Source: an uncultured Haloferula sp. (lineage in GTDB: Bacteria > Verrucomicrobiota > Verrucomicrobiia > Verrucomicrobiales > Akkermansiaceae). Taken from it: a DNA stretch of 64,000 bases. The notes under the pieces are model-generated. The model was not told the origin of the DNA. It saw only the letters and a list, made by a program, of their open reading frames with translations, and made no database searches. The position numbers and the translations under genes are program-made. Shown here one piece after another: positions 60,968-64,000 of this stretch (its first letter is position 1; each line of letters opens with the position of its first letter). The stretch covers positions 128,001 through 192,000 of the forward strand of contig CBFGTS010000006.1 of assembly GCA_965652295.1 (NCBI GenBank), in the 5' to 3' direction.

Positions 60968-61906
60968 TCATTCGGTCACGCGGGTTACCTTGAACCCTTG
61001 CTTCCTGAGGTCGCCGACGATGCTTTTCTCGCCCAGATAGTGGGCGGTGCCGACGGCGAAAAAGTGGCTCTTGCCGGGCTCGGTCTGGAGCCGGCTGACC
61101 ATCGTCGCGGCCATCGCCGCATTGCGGTCGTCGAGGAGGCGCTTCATGAGCTTCTTGCCCAGCTCGGCGTGCTCGCCCTCGATCATTTCCTGATAGTAGC
61201 GGTTCATCCAGTCGAGCACCGCCTCGTCGTCGCCCGCCACGTAGGCGTCGATGAGCTCCTGGGTGAGATCCTCGTCCTTCTCCCGCGCTTCCGCGAGTTG
61301 ACGCAGCGTTTCGGAAAGCATCACCACCTGCTCGTCCTCGCTCAGGTCGTCGAAGATCCGGAACTGGTCTTCGGGCTTCTCGAGGGCCACCGTGGCCTTG
61401 CCAGCTTCTTGCGCCAGTTCCCAGATGATCATGTCGAGCGGCGGTGCGCCCTCAAGCTGGAGCTTCAGGGTCGGCAGCGTGATCGCCACCGCCCAGGTCT
61501 TGAAGGCTTCGAGAACCGCCGAGTTGAGCGCCGGTTGGATCTTCTTCAGCTCGGTGTCGAGTTGCCGGGAAAGTTCGTCACCGATCGATTCGGAGAGGGT
61601 ATTCCCATCGCTGCGGATGAAATGCTGCGCCAACCCCAACTGGGTGGCAGGGTCCATCTCCAGTTCGGTGTAGAGCGCGTCGGAGTTTTCCAGCGCCTGT
61701 TCCGCGGCCGGATGCAGGTTGGCCACCGCGCCCTTGCCGATGTGGATGGTGCCGAAGAGCCACGAGGGCTCTTCGAGCTTTCCTCCCTCCACTTTCCACA
61801 GCATCGGCTTGGCCGGATGCGCGGCGGCCTCCTCCACGCCCCATGCAGGGACGAACAGGCCCACCACGGCAAGCGTGGCCAGACAGCGGCGGAAGAGGCG
61901 CTTCAT
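60968..61906 (-). CDS. TraB/GumN (Tiki-like) family exported protein
   Basis: LWKV..SWLFGTIH, ALE, DRNAAM, FFAVGTAHY; signal peptide. Confidence 0.88.
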   Translation of the reverse strand: MKRLFRRCLATLAVVGLFVPAWGVEEAAAHPAKPMLWKVEGGKLEEPSWLFGTIHIGKGAVANLHPAAEQALENSDALYTELEMDPATQLGLAQHFIRSDGNTLSESIGDELSRQLDTELKKIQPALNSAVLEAFKTWAVAITLPTLKLQLEGAPPLDMIIWELAQEAGKATVALEKPEDQFRIFDDLSEDEQVVMLSETLRQLAEAREKDEDLTQELIDAYVAGDDEAVLDWMNRYYQEMIEGEHAELGKKLMKRLLDDRNAAMAATMVSRLQTEPGKSHFFAVGTAHYLGEKSIVGDLRKQGFKVTRVTE

Positions 61907-61919
61907 TTCCCTGGAAAAA

Positions 61920-63338
<1,419 letters not shown>

Positions 63339-63547
63339 GATTTTGCGTCGCCCGGTGTCGCCGGGGGGCACGGAACGTGGGTCAGCCCGCCGCGATTGTC
63401 AAAGCGGGATGTGCGGCGGGAAATTCCGGGTTGCCACCGGGATGGACTGCCGCGGATCTGCAGCAGGATGGAGGGGACTCCCGTCAACGAAAAACCCGGA
63501 CGCACTTGGCGCTTTCGGGCCGTCGCTTCCTCCCTCAGGTTCGGCCC

Positions 63548-64000
63548 ATGAGCTCGCGCGTCACCGACCTCCACGTCGCCCGCAACATTCCGCTGCCCGC
63601 CCCCGCCCTGCTGCTTTCGGAAATCCCGCGCAGTGAGAAGCAGGCGGACTTCGTCGCCACTGCCCGGGAGACCATCCACTCCATCCTGTTCGGCTCCGAC
63701 CCGCGCCTGCTGGTCATCGTCGGCCCGTGCTCGATCCACGACACCGATGCCGGCTACGAATACGCCCAGCGTCTCGCCGCCCTCGCCGAGCGCCTGAAAG
63801 ACAAGCTCTACCTCGTGATGCGGGTCTATTTCGAGAAACCGCGCACCACCGTCGGCTGGAAGGGCCTGATCATGGACCCTGAGCTCGACGGCTCCGACAA
63901 CATCCCCGAGGGCCTGCGCCGCGCCCGGACCTTCCTGCGTCAGGTCATCGACCTCGGACTGCCGACCGCCACCGAGTTGCTCGATCCCATCACGCCGCAA
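63548..64000 (+). CDS. Class I-alpha DAHP synthase (AroF/G/H type), partial, runs off the window
   Basis: Manual translation MSSRVTDLHV...RLLVIVGPCSIHD...VMRVYFEKPRTTVGWKGL...ATELLDP; absent from the ORF track. Confidence 0.93.
   Translation, partial: MSSRVTDLHVARNIPLPAPALLLSEIPRSEKQADFVATARETIHSILFGSDPRLLVIVGPCSIHDTDAGYEYAQRLAALAERLKDKLYLVMRVYFEKPRTTVGWKGLIMDPELDGSDNIPEGLRRARTFLRQVIDLGLPTATELLDPITPQ

Noticed and set aside
63339..63547. Leucine attenuator upstream of leuC
   Set aside because: No Leu-rich leader peptide or hairpin with U-tract found on the minus strand

Overview
High-GC bacterial chromosome window. PEP-CTERM, the TIGR02999-type ECF sigma/Ser-Thr kinase pair and the RAYT type suggest Verrucomicrobiota (Haloferula/Luteolibacter-like); this is an inference. 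In order it holds: a Yej-like peptide ABC operon; a NasS/NrtA-like gene and a LysR gene beside an urtABCDE-fmdA-fmdB amide/urea operon; a RAYT transposase; oppABC and radC; an ECF sigma/kinase locus with three secreted proteins sharing a domain (one PEP-CTERM, one GH31); TRAP transporter, class II aldolase and GH2; a stress cluster (sodC, YciF-like, OsmC) with two PilT-family ATPases; xerD; an orphan Xre/MbcA antitoxin; a ferredoxin-DciA-HAD/NUDIX-folB-ArsC operon; hemQ; a protease/pseudoprotease pair; two class A PBPs; leuCD split by a TraB/GumN gene; and a partial DAHP synthase. The best candidates for undescribed biology are (1) an ECF/kinase-linked surface-protein module with twin divergent TGGCGG-N16-CCGCATG motifs and a shared C-terminal FFR[VI] domain, (2) a HAD-NUDIX fusion coupled to folB, and (3) a LysR/NasS-like/sigma54 circuit on the formamidase operon, whose fmdB starts at ATT. 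All calls come from reading motifs by eye; no searches were run.
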